Program-made: the position numbers and the translations under genes
Shown: one piece after another, positions 1 to 11,417 of the stretch
How positions within the stretch are numbered: the first letter of the stretch is position 1
Layout of the letters: each line of letters opens with the position of its first letter
The notes under the pieces: model-generated
What the model was told of the DNA's origin: nothing
Seen by the model: only the letters and a program-made list of their open reading frames with translations
Database searches by the model: none
Source of the DNA: Microthyrium microscopicum
Taxonomy: Eukaryota
Direction of reading: 5' to 3'
DNA: 64,000 nucleotides
NCBI GenBank assembly: GCA_010405405.1
Contig: MU004232.1
Location: forward strand, 1,631,481 to 1,695,480

Positions 1-1886
1 CCAACGCTCAAGTTCGATATGACGAGCATCGAGAGGCCGTTGAGTGGCGAAAAGTAAAACGAAGCCTTCATATACAAGCATGCAACCCGCCAAATGCGCG
101 AGAGCCTGTTGAACGACTAGTCCACACGGCGGAAGAAGAACTTGAGTGGCGCGCGCAATGGCTTGCTGATCAGAGCGATACAGAATCAGTCACTTCCAAC
201 TATTTTGTCGACGATGATGGCTACGAAATCATGACCGGTTTCCATCAGTCCACTGGTCTGGATCGAGAGGGATTCTCTATTGACAACATCAATGTCAACG
301 GAATTAACCGTGTAGGGGAGCCGACCATTGAATATCTTCTTCGTCCACTTGACCCTCTCAAAGAAATCGCGCGAGACACATCACCATCAATATATTTCTG
401 CCGACAAGCGCCCGAAACGGAGGTCGAACGAGTTGAGCCAGGTCCAAGCGATCGATTCGCTTCGCGGGCACTTTGGCGACACAATCCTACCCAATTCGCA
501 ACGCTGCCGTCATGGGAGACAGAGAATCCAGTGGCTGACGCTGGCGCAGAAAATAAGCATGACGCTGAAATCGAGTCCGTACCAGTTATTGCTGCTGCGG
601 GCAAGGCACTCTTCAATCTTCCTGTGGCTCAAGCGGTTTTCGAAGGTCTGAAGGCAATCAATATCGACGACATTGAGAAGTACTTCTGGGCACCAATTCC
701 AGAAGAAATGTTAAACTGGCGCTTTATTGACAAGAATATCACATACGCTACAAGAATCCAGTTTGCGGAAACTTTCTTCAAGTCACGTAGTTTGACTTTG
801 ACGCAGACATCGATTCAAACACTAGTCGAAATATCAAATCATCCACTCTTCTCGCAACATGTCAAAAAGCTCGTGCTGTGCTTGCTACCATTCGACAAAC
901 CCACATTTCCCGGAGAGGATGTGTTTTCTACTTACCGGAGACACAAGGAGGAAGATATCTTGCGGTCGAAATGCCAGTCCTGGCAGGACATCACTACGAG
1001 CTGGTCGCCTATGCAACGCGAGGGCCTTCTGTCTTTACTACGATCCACAATCATGAAATTCCCGAACTTGAAACATGTGCAAATTCTTGAATCTCGAAGC
1101 TGTTCAACGAACAGCACCAGCAGTCGATATGATCTTGATGACGAATATATCGCCCCAACAGAAGACCAGGACTGGGCCAACGATGAGACTAACGGTATCA
1201 ACCAAGCCGCAAAAATGACGAGCTTACAAATGTTTGCTTTGATGTTGAGCGTCCTACCACCTGGCCATATCCAGACCTTTTCAGTCAAAATGGATTCAAT
1301 GGACTTGCTGGAGTGGCGAGAAATCGAACAACATCTCAGATTGGATCCGTTCTTATTGAAAGTTCAGGAAGTTAACTACAGCCATACTCAAGGCCCATAC
1401 GACCGGTTTCAAGGGTTTGAGTACTTTTTCATACCACTACTCTATTCAAACATCCGCCTGCGGAAGCTAAAGATAGAAAACATCAAATCACACATGGTGG
1501 GGGCCGGTAGAGGTCGCTGGGATGCTGCAAACTGGGTGGAGACAGACTTTGAAGTTCCTGCACATATCGACGAAATTGAGTTTTCCAATTGCCTTCTGAG
1601 CAAGCAAATTATGGCCTCTTGGATCCAAGCATTATCTCGAGCGCATCCAAGTAGAATCATAATCAACAACGTCACACTCGGAACTTATTGGATGGATCTC
1701 TTGAAGAACTGGGTCTGGTCGCCAATTTTGGAGCTTCGGGGAACGCTTCAATACACGTCGCGCTACTGGGGTGAGCGCCAGCGCTGGTGCAAGCGAGGTC
1801 GGAATGGGTGCGTTGTGATGAAGGAAATACGGAATATAGATCCCTCTGGGATGTGCACCGTCATTGTGGATAGCCTTGATGACTAG
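1..1886 (+). CDS. Hypothetical F-box-like protein, 5'-truncated by the window
   Basis: The frame of ORF 231..1886 stays open back to base 3, so the start probably lies outside the window. Contains GYD-like repeats (DDDGYE..GLDREGF) and a degenerate F-box-adjacent motif (IQTLVEISNHPLFSQHVKKLVL) typical of fungal orphan F-box proteins. Confidence 0.55.
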   Translation, partial: NAQVRYDEHREAVEWRKVKRSLHIQACNPPNAREPVERLVHTAEEELEWRAQWLADQSDTESVTSNYFVDDDGYEIMTGFHQSTGLDREGFSIDNINVNGINRVGEPTIEYLLRPLDPLKEIARDTSPSIYFCRQAPETEVERVEPGPSDRFASRALWRHNPTQFATLPSWETENPVADAGAENKHDAEIESVPVIAAAGKALFNLPVAQAVFEGLKAINIDDIEKYFWAPIPEEMLNWRFIDKNITYATRIQFAETFFKSRSLTLTQTSIQTLVEISNHPLFSQHVKKLVLCLLPFDKPTFPGEDVFSTYRRHKEEDILRSKCQSWQDITTSWSPMQREGLLSLLRSTIMKFPNLKHVQILESRSCSTNSTSSRYDLDDEYIAPTEDQDWANDETNGINQAAKMTSLQMFALMLSVLPPGHIQTFSVKMDSMDLLEWREIEQHLRLDPFLLKVQEVNYSHTQGPYDRFQGFEYFFIPLLYSNIRLRKLKIENIKSHMVGAGRGRWDAANWVETDFEVPAHIDEIEFSNCLLSKQIMASWIQALSRAHPSRIIINNVTLGTYWMDLLKNWVWSPILELRGTLQYTSRYWGERQRWCKRGRNGCVVMKEIRNIDPSGMCTVIVDSLDD

Positions 1887-2411
1887 GAAGGCAATACTGC
1901 AAAGATCCCGCAAGGAGAATTGGGTGTTTCCAGACCGTTGCGATTCATGAAAGATACAATATCTAGTTCGTGTAAAATCAAATGCAGGTTCAAACTTCTA
2001 TCTGGAAAATGCCCTCTAAGAGCTCATGCAACGGTCAATGACAAGAGCTGTATTAAGATGTGAGACGTATCAGGTCCACTAGATTTGCGGTGTTGAACGA
2101 GATGAAGTTAGGATTGCCACGAGGCTGACTGAACTTTGGTCAAGGCCTCAGCCTTGCGCTAGTACATAACAGGCTAGATCTTCCGCTGACAAACCGCTTC
2201 AACGTCATCATTCGTCCAATGCCTGCCTCTTGAATCTTGACAGTGGATGCATTCAATCCTTCGTCCCGGAAGCTTCCTGTCCCATCTTGGCTCCATCTCT
2301 GTGACGTCCTACGATCGCTATTCTTTTGCTCTACCCCTATCATGCAGTGACGGCCACTGTCTGAATTCTAGGCGTGCTGCCGCCCTACTTTAATTATCCA
2401 ACGCGCCCGCC

Positions 2412-4678
2412 ATGGTTCCCCGCCAGCTTCTGACCGCGTTATCGCGAACTACAGGTGCTCCAACATGGAGCCGTGGAACAAGAACATTGGAACCTAAGGT
2501 CACGCTGGCACAACGCGTCTTCTTCTCAAATACACCACGTCCTATTGAACGATTTCAGCGTCCAGCGAGCTCGTTGCTCTTTTTCAACCCGCGACAACAA
2601 ACGCTTAGCAATGGACATGGAGCTCGCCTTATCGCGACCAGAATGTCCAAGGAAATACCACAGCCTAGGAGACCGGTCGTCCGCTTCTTCATGCGTACAT
2701 TCTTCTACTTTGGTGTGGTAGCTGGAGGCATTGGGTCGCTAGTTATAGCCTTCTTCATCTACGATGCCACCACCTATCGCGAACAACCCTTGATCGAAGC
2801 TGTACCAATTAGCAGTCTAGCCTTGAATCCCCGCAGAGGAGGACCCAAAAACCTACTCATAGTGGAACATTTCGTCGACGACGACGACTGCGAAACCAAG
2901 CGAAACTCGAAGCATAAGCCAAAATTGGTTGTACTGGGTACAGGCTGGGGATCTGTAGCTTTGTTGAAGACCCTCAATCCGGAGGAATATCATGTCACCG
3001 TCATATCGCCCAGTAACCAGTTCCTTTTTACTCCAATGCTTCCGAGTGCCACGGTCGGGACCTTGGAGTTGCGCAGTCTGGTCGAACCAATCAGACGCAT
3101 CGTGCAACGAGTACATGGTCACTTTCTCAAAGCTATGGCTGTCGATGTGGTTTATGAAGAACGTTTGGTCGAAGTCGAAACCGTTGATACCACTGGAGCA
3201 AAACAGAGCTTTTACTTGCCATATGACAAGCTTCTTATCGCGTGCGGTAGGTTGATTTTGTTGTAGAACCACTTTCTAGATCTAACGTCAACATAGGATC
3301 CGTGACAAACCCACATGGTGTGCCAGGTTTAACAAACTGCCATTTTCTCAAAGATATACATGACGCTCGTAACATCCGAAACACCGTAATCCGCAATCTC
3401 GAACAGGCTTGCCTGCCTACCACGACCGACGAGGAACGAAGACGCTTACTCTCGTTTGTGGTCTGTGGTGGCGGCCCAACTGGTGTCGAATTTGCTGCTG
3501 AATTGTACGACATGCTAAACGAAGACTTGGTCAACATATTCCCCAAGATTTTGCGTTGCGAGATATCAGTGCATTTAATTCAGTCACGCGGTCATATTCT
3601 AAACACCTACGATGAAGCTTTGTCTTCTTTTGCGGAGGTAAGATTCAAATAGTTATTTCGAATCAGCACCTGACTGACCACACCTCAGAAACGATTTCAA
3701 ACCGATCATGTTAACGTCTACACCAATGCACGTGTGAAGGAAGTCAAGCCCGACAGTGTGGTTTTCACCGAAAAAGACGGAGATGGTAACGTCGTCACTA
3801 AAGAACTACCAATGGGATTTTGTCTTTGGTCAACTGGAGTCTCGCAAACAGATTTTGCGAAATCGCTAGCCAGCAAACTACCTGAACAAACCAATCGCCA
3901 TGCTTTGGAGACGGATGCCCACTGTCGAGTTATAGGAACGCCGTTAGGCGACGTCTATGCCATCGGCGACTGCGCTACTGTTCAGAACAACGTGTCCGAT
4001 CATATTGTCACCTTCCTTAGGACACTGGCATGGGAGAAGGGTAAAGATCCAGAGACATTACAGGTGTCGTTCAGTGAGTGGCGCGCTGTCGCGAAGAAGG
4101 TCAAGCAACGCTTCCCGCAAGCTTCGGATCATCTTCGTCGTCTGGACAAGCTTTTTGCAGAATACGATCGTGACAGGTCAGGCTCACTTGATTTCGGCGA
4201 GCTTAGTGAGCTTCTCCGTCAAATCGACAATAAATTGACTTCATTGCCGGCAACTGCTCAGCGTGCCCATCAACAAGGCGAATATCTGGCAAAGAAATTC
4301 AACAAGCTGGCGCAATCGGCCCCTGGTCTACAATTAAATGAAGTGGACTATGGTGACCTTGACGAGGCTGTCTACAAGGCGTTCGAGTACCGTCATCTTG
4401 GCTCCCTAGCCTATGTTGGCAACTCAGCCATATTTGACATTCAAGGCACTGGCCTTGATATTGGCGGATGGAAAGGCTTTGCTGGACAGCTCTGGGCTGT
4501 GTACCTGTGGCGAAGCGTTTACTTCGCTCAGAGCGTAAGTTTCCGAACGAGATGTTTACTGGCAATGGATTGGACCAAACGAGCGTTATTTGGACGCGGT
4601 AAGTTCGCATCCTCAATATTTGATCACTATTTGAAAATACAGTACTAACGTGAGATAGACCTTATGAATACTCCTTAG
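2412..4678 (+). CDS. NDE1: Mitochondrial external type II NAD(P)H dehydrogenase with EF-hand (Neurospora NDE-1-like)
   Basis: Mitochondrial presequence. Motifs VVLGTGWG, FLFTPMLPS, VVCGGGPTGVEFAAEL, YAIGDCA, EF-hand DRDRSGSLDFGEL, LPATAQRAHQQG. Introns 3247-3296, 3638-3688, 4599-4658 restore one frame ending ..GRDLMNTP*. Confidence 0.93.
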
Positions 4679-4795
4679 ACAAACATTGTATATACAGCCA
4701 CAGCCGCACATGGCGGCTGTTTTCCTTAATTATTATTTCTTTCCAATTTTCACTGCTCTGCATTTTTACAAAACACTAGGTACTAAACATGGATA

Positions 4796-7723
4796 TCATT
4801 TCACCTTGATCGAGATGACCCGTCCTGCTATGCTCGACAACGGCGCTCCCGTCACCACATACAGCGTGTGCTCGTCCTCGGTCGTGCGTCCAAATGCTGC
4901 TGCTGTTGGCGCCTTGATGCCGAGCATGACGTTGTCTACCTTGGCATCCGGGTTGATGCGAAGAACAGAATTCTGCTCATAGTTGACTAGGTATCCTTCG
5001 CGCTCACTCCATGGGGTCACAGCAACATCCACGATACCCGTTGCCGAGTTCACGACTGTTTCCGCCGCGCTGAGCACGTCGAGCGTGACCTCGTCAATCG
5101 GTAGACGTGTAAATGAGCCAGACGCTGAGTTGACATAGTAGACGAAGGGCGCGCGATAATGCACGGCACTGATGCCAGGAATCATGCTAGGATCTGTCCA
5201 GAGCGGTGTGTTCGCACCTGTCTCCATATCCAACCGGTGGATCGCACCATTACTGTTGGCCGCCAACAAGGTCGTCGTATTTAGCGCCGTCAAACTAACC
5301 AGGCTCTCTGCATCTTGCACTTCCGAAATCCAATCGAGTCTGATACCGCTGATACTGTCTAACCGTAGCGTCCACAGTTGGCCGACAGGCTGGCTATTGG
5401 CGGTCGCAGATTGCGTGCCGAGAATGGCGTAGACGTCTGGCTTGAACTCCGTGATAGCGAGGATGCGTACGGTGGACGGGAAGCGATGCGCGAGGAGCGG
5501 GCTGGACGGCGGGCCGAGCGGGTCGTAGACGTGGATTTCGGGACGGTCGTAAAGGGAGAGGACTAGTTGGCCATTTGGTCGGACGGCAACGTGGCTGATC
5601 CAAGTGCCAGGGGCGAATTCGTAAAGGATGAAGCCGCTCATGCCGGGAATTTGAATTTGTGGGTCCATGGCGGTTGGGTCGAGCTCGGTGGAGGCAGGGA
5701 GATGGGGTGGGCCGGCGGCGGGTGAGGTTGTTGCTGGTGGTGGAGGGCTTGCTGCTGTTGGCTGAGAGGGTGCTGGGGGTGGTGCAGCTGGAGCAGTGGT
5801 CGTCGGTTTCGGTGGAGGAGCGGCTTGGGTAGTGGTGGATTGCTGAACTGGCGGTGGCACTATCACTGAAGATGTAGCCGTTGGCGTTGGCGCAATCGTC
5901 GATTTTGGGCCTAAGGGGATTGTGAATGTCGTGCCTTGAGCAGGCGGGACCACTACTGATGTGGAAGAATTCGCTGCTGGGGGAGGAATCACTACGGTTG
6001 AGGAAGATGTCGGTTTAGGAGGTGGAGCAACTACAGTTGTTGATGAGCTTGTGGGTTTCGCTGGCACAACAACTGAAGTTGAATTGGCTGATTTTGGTAG
6101 TGGAACAACCACCGGTGTGGATAAAGACGAAGTTGGCACTGTAGGAGACACAACTGCGCTCGTCGATGAACTAGTTGGCTTCGGAGGCGGGACGACCACA
6201 GATGAAGATGAAGTTGGCGCTGGAGCGGGTATAACCACAGTTGTCGATGAGCTGGTCGGCTTTGGAGGTGGAACAACCACAGTCGAAGCTGAAGTTGGCA
6301 CTGGAGGTGGAACTACCACCGTCGTCGAGGATGAAGAAGTAGTTTTGGCAACTGGAGGCCCCACAATTGTAGTAGTGGAACTCGTTGTTTTAGGGAGTGG
6401 CATCACTGTGGTTGACGAGGATGTCAGTGCTGCAGGAGGCACTATCACGGTCGAAGAAGACGAAGATGTTGTCTTTGGAAGTGGTGGCACCACGACCGTG
6501 GTAGTCGAGTTGGCTGGCTTAGGAGACGGCGCAACAACGGTCGAAGACCACGCTGGTACGGACGGAGGCACAATTACTGTGGTTGACGAGCTTGATGACT
6601 TCGGCGCTAGAGGAGGTGGCGCAACTGTCGATGAAGTAGTCGCTGGTGCCGGTGGTGGAATAACTACTGTCGTTGACGAAGTTGTCTTTGGCAACGGTGG
6701 CACCACTGTTGTTGAGGAAGTCGTCTTTGGAAGCGGCACAATTGTCGTGGATAAAGTCATCACTGGCGCGGGGGGAGGTATGACTGCGGTCGTCGATGAA
6801 GAAGCAGGCTTTGGTGGCGGTATTGCGACTGTGGATAATGTGGTGCTACTGGAGGATAGGGACTGTGGTAGCAGTGTTAGATATGCGTCTGGAGGAACCG
6901 TCGATGTAGATCTTGGGGTGGGTATTACCGTTGAAGACGAGACGATCGCTGGAACACTTGTCGAAGATGATGATGGCTTGGGTACGGTCGACGCTGAAGA
7001 TGGGATCGAAACCCATGTTGTAGAGCTGGAACTTGTGCTCGACTTTGGGACAACTGTTGTCGAGCTCCGCGACGAAGTCGCAGTCCATGCTGGTAGTGGA
7101 CCAGTGGATGAGTATGGAGGCGGCACTCCAGCTGCAAACGTGGAAGAGGAGGTCGTTTTCGAACTAAGCGCTGCACTTGACGCAGCTGGTCCTGAAGCGA
7201 TGGGCGCTGGCGCTTTTGGAGCAGCTGTTGAGGTGCTTGGAGCAGTCAACGCATGCGAAGTATGAGCATCTGTGGCATGAGCTGTCGCTGTTGCTACAGT
7301 GCTGGCAGAGGCAGTCGAGGAGGTTGTGGAGGTTGTGGAGGTCGCGCGGTAGCTTTGAAAGGCACCACTTATCCATGATAGTGGATTCAATGCTGCCCAG
7401 TCATCTCTGTCGCTAGATGACGCCGATGTGGCCTTCGGCGCTTCTGAGCTTGTGGTTTTAGAGATCTGCCATGAGTATCCCGAATACAAAGTAGTGCCAT
7501 CGTATGCAATTGGAGGAATAGAGATTGTAGGAATCAGGCTCATCGCACTTTTAGCGAGCGAATAAGGGTCAAAGGCAACTGAAGCCTTTGGCACAGGTGT
7601 AATGATTGCTGTACTGGTCGCTACAATTGTGGTAGTAGGTTCTTGTGGGGTTGGAAATGACTGTGGAAGGCCGATCGCTACGCCGGCGAGCGAGGCAATC
7701 GTACTTATTTTTGAGAGCCGCAT
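4796..7723 (-). CDS. Secreted Pro/Ser/Thr-rich mucin-like protein with C-terminal six-bladed beta-propeller (SMP-30/gluconolactonase-like fold)
   Basis: Intronless 975-aa ORF. Signal peptide MRLSKISTIASLAGVAIG, ~600 aa of VVPPP(K)PTSSSTT-type repeats, C-terminal VAVRPNGQL...PTAAAFGRT..LYVVT. Confidence 0.8.
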   Translation of the reverse strand: MRLSKISTIASLAGVAIGLPQSFPTPQEPTTTIVATSTAIITPVPKASVAFDPYSLAKSAMSLIPTISIPPIAYDGTTLYSGYSWQISKTTSSEAPKATSASSSDRDDWAALNPLSWISGAFQSYRATSTTSTTSSTASASTVATATAHATDAHTSHALTAPSTSTAAPKAPAPIASGPAASSAALSSKTTSSSTFAAGVPPPYSSTGPLPAWTATSSRSSTTVVPKSSTSSSSTTWVSIPSSASTVPKPSSSSTSVPAIVSSSTVIPTPRSTSTVPPDAYLTLLPQSLSSSSTTLSTVAIPPPKPASSSTTAVIPPPAPVMTLSTTIVPLPKTTSSTTVVPPLPKTTSSTTVVIPPPAPATTSSTVAPPPLAPKSSSSSTTVIVPPSVPAWSSTVVAPSPKPANSTTTVVVPPLPKTTSSSSSTVIVPPAALTSSSTTVMPLPKTTSSTTTIVGPPVAKTTSSSSTTVVVPPPVPTSASTVVVPPPKPTSSSTTVVIPAPAPTSSSSVVVPPPKPTSSSTSAVVSPTVPTSSLSTPVVVPLPKSANSTSVVVPAKPTSSSTTVVAPPPKPTSSSTVVIPPPAANSSTSVVVPPAQGTTFTIPLGPKSTIAPTPTATSSVIVPPPVQQSTTTQAAPPPKPTTTAPAAPPPAPSQPTAASPPPPATTSPAAGPPHLPASTELDPTAMDPQIQIPGMSGFILYEFAPGTWISHVAVRPNGQLVLSLYDRPEIHVYDPLGPPSSPLLAHRFPSTVRILAITEFKPDVYAILGTQSATANSQPVGQLWTLRLDSISGIRLDWISEVQDAESLVSLTALNTTTLLAANSNGAIHRLDMETGANTPLWTDPSMIPGISAVHYRAPFVYYVNSASGSFTRLPIDEVTLDVLSAAETVVNSATGIVDVAVTPWSEREGYLVNYEQNSVLRINPDAKVDNVMLGIKAPTAAAFGRTTEDEHTLYVVTGAPLSSIAGRVISIKVK
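5900..7000 (-). repeat. Degenerate coding tandem repeat (~16-18 aa, VVVPPPKPTSSSTT)
   Basis: Visible in the translation of 4796..7723 and as recurring ggtgg..accac/gtcgatga units. Confidence 0.85.
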
Positions 7724-9223
7724 GATGAAAAAACGAATGAGATGCTCTTTGTATTAGTTTGAACTTGTCACCACATAGTCTCCTAGGCCTGCTCTAGAGA
7801 GATGGTTCGAGAATGCCGCAGTGTGTTGTAGCGAGCAAAAACAGCGAACATCACGAAGAATTATTCCGTCTAGTCCGCGGAGTCTATATACGCCGATGCT
7901 CTTTCTGGAAACCTCTGAGAATTGCGGGACCTCGAACAGGTCGAGCTCGGATCAGACAAGAGACCGGTCAATCACATCCTAAATAGCGCCAGGACGCGGT
8001 GTATAGACCGACGACTGATGCTATAGAATGTATATGAAGTACCTACCAGCTCGCATAAGACACTGTGTTTAAAAGGTCACACGTCCGATCAAGCATTGCC
8101 GTCAACCATTAATCTTCGGGGCTATAGCCGAATGGTCGTTGTGCCTTGTACTTCAAAGGATCTTCGATGACTACCATCAGGGATAAGCAAAGTTGCACGG
8201 AAAGGACCAATAATAAGGCCGCTTCATAGCAATGCCAGGCAGAGGCTGCGAATGTCAAAGCCTCCTTAATTGATACGCGCATTGTCACTGAGCATTTCTG
8301 CGGCTCCAAAAGCACCAATCGCCGCTCAAAATCGTTGACTTTTGTGTACTAGATACATAGAATGGAAGAACAATTCATTTGTAGGCCAAACGCACAGGCT
8401 AAATGTTAAGCACCCTTCTAGATGAATTGTTTCAATATATTAGAAGCTTGGACCCTGGTATATGCATATTGAACTATTGCTCTTAAGCAATGTTTTAATA
8501 TGCTTGGCAGTCAAAATGCGTGCTCGTCGGCGGTGGCAATATCTAGTCCCTTGGACGGTACGGTAAGGCCTAATTGCGGAGAGCTGCTGAAAAATGTTAC
8601 CATACACCATTAGCAACGTTATGAATGGCGAATATGTCTTGCGATTTACTGGCCGAGGCTGCGGTTTGCGAATAGCTAGATCTGAATTTCTAGATTCGAA
8701 GATCTGTTTCAAACATATCTATAACACTCAACGCTATATGGCTTGTCTTTTCGCAGCGAATTGCAAGGAATTGAGGCCACGCATATTCAAAGATGGCCAA
8801 GGCTCCCTTTTAAGCTATGGCATGATTCATTCTACCATTCGTTACTTCTCAGCCATGAATCACTGGGCGAACGGAACGTTCCTAGTGATCCTAACAAAGG
8901 CCAAACAGCACTGGACTGATCTAAATCTAGAGTTTATATAGAGAAAATAGGTAACGGATAAGAACATGCGACCTTTCATATGGTAGCCTGCTGTACTGGC
9001 GAAATGAGTTGCTTCATTGATAAGTACTTCCCAAGAGCGACAGTTGGAAAGAAAGACACCGAACAATCACTGGATTGCACTGCAAATTCAATTATCATAA
9101 CCAGTCTGGCGAAATCCTCGACAATTGAAATCGTAAACAGGTGCGACTAGCTCTCTCAAGTGAATGTCTAATTTGTCACCACAACCACAACTTTTGTTCA
9201 TACCTGTCAATTCCACCAGCATT

Positions 9224-9893
9224 TTAGAAGTCCACAGCACTACTCTCACCCTCCCTAACAGTAACCGTACTAGTCTGACATCCCCTCCGACACCCAGTAG
9301 TACAACTCAACGTCGCAGTCTCCACCGGCGTGCTCCCACACTCTCTCCTCACCGGCGGCAACGTCTGTGTCTTCAACATAATACACATTGGCACAATACA
9401 CGCTCGCATTGACGACGGGTCGCAATATGGCGCCATAGGAGTGGTCGTGTACGTATAGCAAGCTGCATCTGTGGAACTTAGTACTACAGATGTCACCAGC
9501 GATGAGGGTGGAGTTGGTTCTGGGATCTCAAAATAGGTCGAGGATGGTGTTGATGTGGTTTCTGCTGCTTCCGATGCAGGTGTAATTGGCGTTGGTGTTA
9601 TGAGCGTTAATGGAGATGCAGGTATCATCGTGTTTCCGCGGCGTCGATGACATGTTGGCGAGGTATACGCTGTCTTCGTGGTGCTTGGACAGTTCGTTTC
9701 ACACGTCGGGCACGCGCGAGTGGAGACAATGGTGGGAGTATGCGGGCATTCAGTGTTGGAACTTGGGATGGTGGTTGTAGTTGTGCCGAGACGGAAACAT
9801 TGGAGAGGTGGTGGGCAGTTTTTCGGAGCCTCACAGTGCGGATTATCTACCTCGCGAGTTGCGGTGTAGCAGGGGCAGCGGGCTGCTATGGTG
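9224..9893 (-). CDS. Cys-rich exon, form B (two Cys modules plus a Thr/Pro linker); has an acceptor but no obvious own first exon
   Basis: Open frame from the acceptor ACTAATCCCATACCCAG at 9894 through ORF 9224..9628: TIAARCPCYTAT...CPHTPT...CPTCETNC...CYTYT...CGSTP...CTTGCRRGC. Homologous to form A. Confidence 0.65.
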
Positions 9894-9986
9894 CTGGGTA
9901 TGGGATTAGTTTGATAGGCATGGAAAGGATAGAGAGCGGAGGCAAGGACAGTGATGGCGGTTGGGAATCAAAGGGCAACATCCACG

Positions 9987-10550
9987 CTATGCAGTTTGAG
10001 TTGGGGTTGGTAAGCAGGTCTCGCCAAGAGTTATGGATTCAGTCTGTATATGATAGTTAGTATTAGTGATGTCTTGTTGTGAGATGCCTTACGGTGACAA
10101 AACAGCCTGGACAGCCTGTCAAACATGGGAGATAAACGGTGGTTGTTGGAGTTGCTGGGCAGGCGGTATTGGATGCAGGAACATAAGATGTTGTAGTCAC
10201 AAGACATGAAAAGGTTGGACACTGAAGACTTGATGCAGGCGGCGGGCATCCAAATGGACGTAAAGAGTGAGTATAAGTCCAACAGGGGCAGTCCGCATTT
10301 GGTTTTGGAGTTGAGAGTGAAGCCGTGAGAGCGCCGGTGGTGATAGTGCATGCTGCAAGTGTGCTGTATATCGAGATTAGTTTATCTGAAATGATCTAGA
10401 GACTCATTGCGCTCGTACCTACCGGGAAAGAGATCGAGGCATAGCATTCGATTGGGAGTGTAGTGATTGGGGCAATGTTGGACCGAGAGATATTACTTAC
10501 CTCGAGAGCATTGTAGCAACTAGTGCCACAGTGTATGGATACCACATCAT
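9987..10550 (-). CDS. Small secreted Cys-rich protein, form A (one Cys module)
   Basis: Exons 10550-10501, 10363-10093, 10043-9987 with canonical introns (GTAAGT..ACTAAT..TACAG; GTAAGG..ACTAAC..TACAG) give MMWYPYTVALVATMLSSTLAAC...CPCWTYT...CPATPT...CLTGCPGC...TA*. Not in the ORF track. Confidence 0.7.
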
Positions 10551-11417
10551 GAAATTTCTCCCAAGCTCTTGATGGCAATCATGAAAGTACTCTTAGAAAT
10601 TCACGTAGCTTTTTATTGGGGATTCGAGAATATCCAGATTGTTCGGTAAGCTTTGCTGAAAGTGACAGAACCTGGAAACCGGGCAGAGACCAAAGTTATA
10701 TATCAATCAACAATAACAAATATGACAGCACTAAACGCTGAAAGACAATTCCTGATCTGTTATGCATCCCTTGCCTGCAACTATAAAATCGGGGCCAAGA
10801 AAAACAGAGAGGCACTGGAATACGAGGGCCATTTCAGTGTAACGGAACACAGATGCTGACAACGGCCGCGATCCGGTAGCACATCGTGGAGAAGACGGAA
10901 CCACAGATTTCCAAAAATAAATACTGTCCATTGGTTGGTATGCAAGGGGCCAGCAGGTCTTTGCCTTGTATGAGGTCTTGGCGATGGTGATCTACGACGA
11001 GGAAACGTTTTGGTGATCGACTGATTGGATGAAGCTAAAATTTGCTGATCTATGTCGTGTTCTGCGAGTCTTGCTTGTTGAATGCTCGTGAGTGGAATTC
11101 TTTATCGCACTTGAAAGCTGTAGATATTCTGGTGAGCTCGTATTGACTGTTTCACGAGTTACGAAGTTTTTCTGGTAGGAATGTTGATGGCAAGAAATCT
11201 TGACTTTGCAATCAGGAGGGTATCATATTCGCATAGTATACAACATGACAGCATAAAACCAATTAAAAAGGCTTCGAGTGTCTATCAGACATGCGTAAAC
11301 AGTATGTCTCCGTCCTCTGTGCTGGGTGTCAATCACATGGAAACCACGTGTATGGCCATGCCACCACCTGGCCACGGAGATCATCTCAGCCGGACCAAGA
11401 TTGAAGATATCTTACAA

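Noticed and set aside
5961..7265. 434-aa + strand ORF rich in V/E/D/G
   Set aside because: Antisense shadow of the Pro/Ser/Thr repeat gene.
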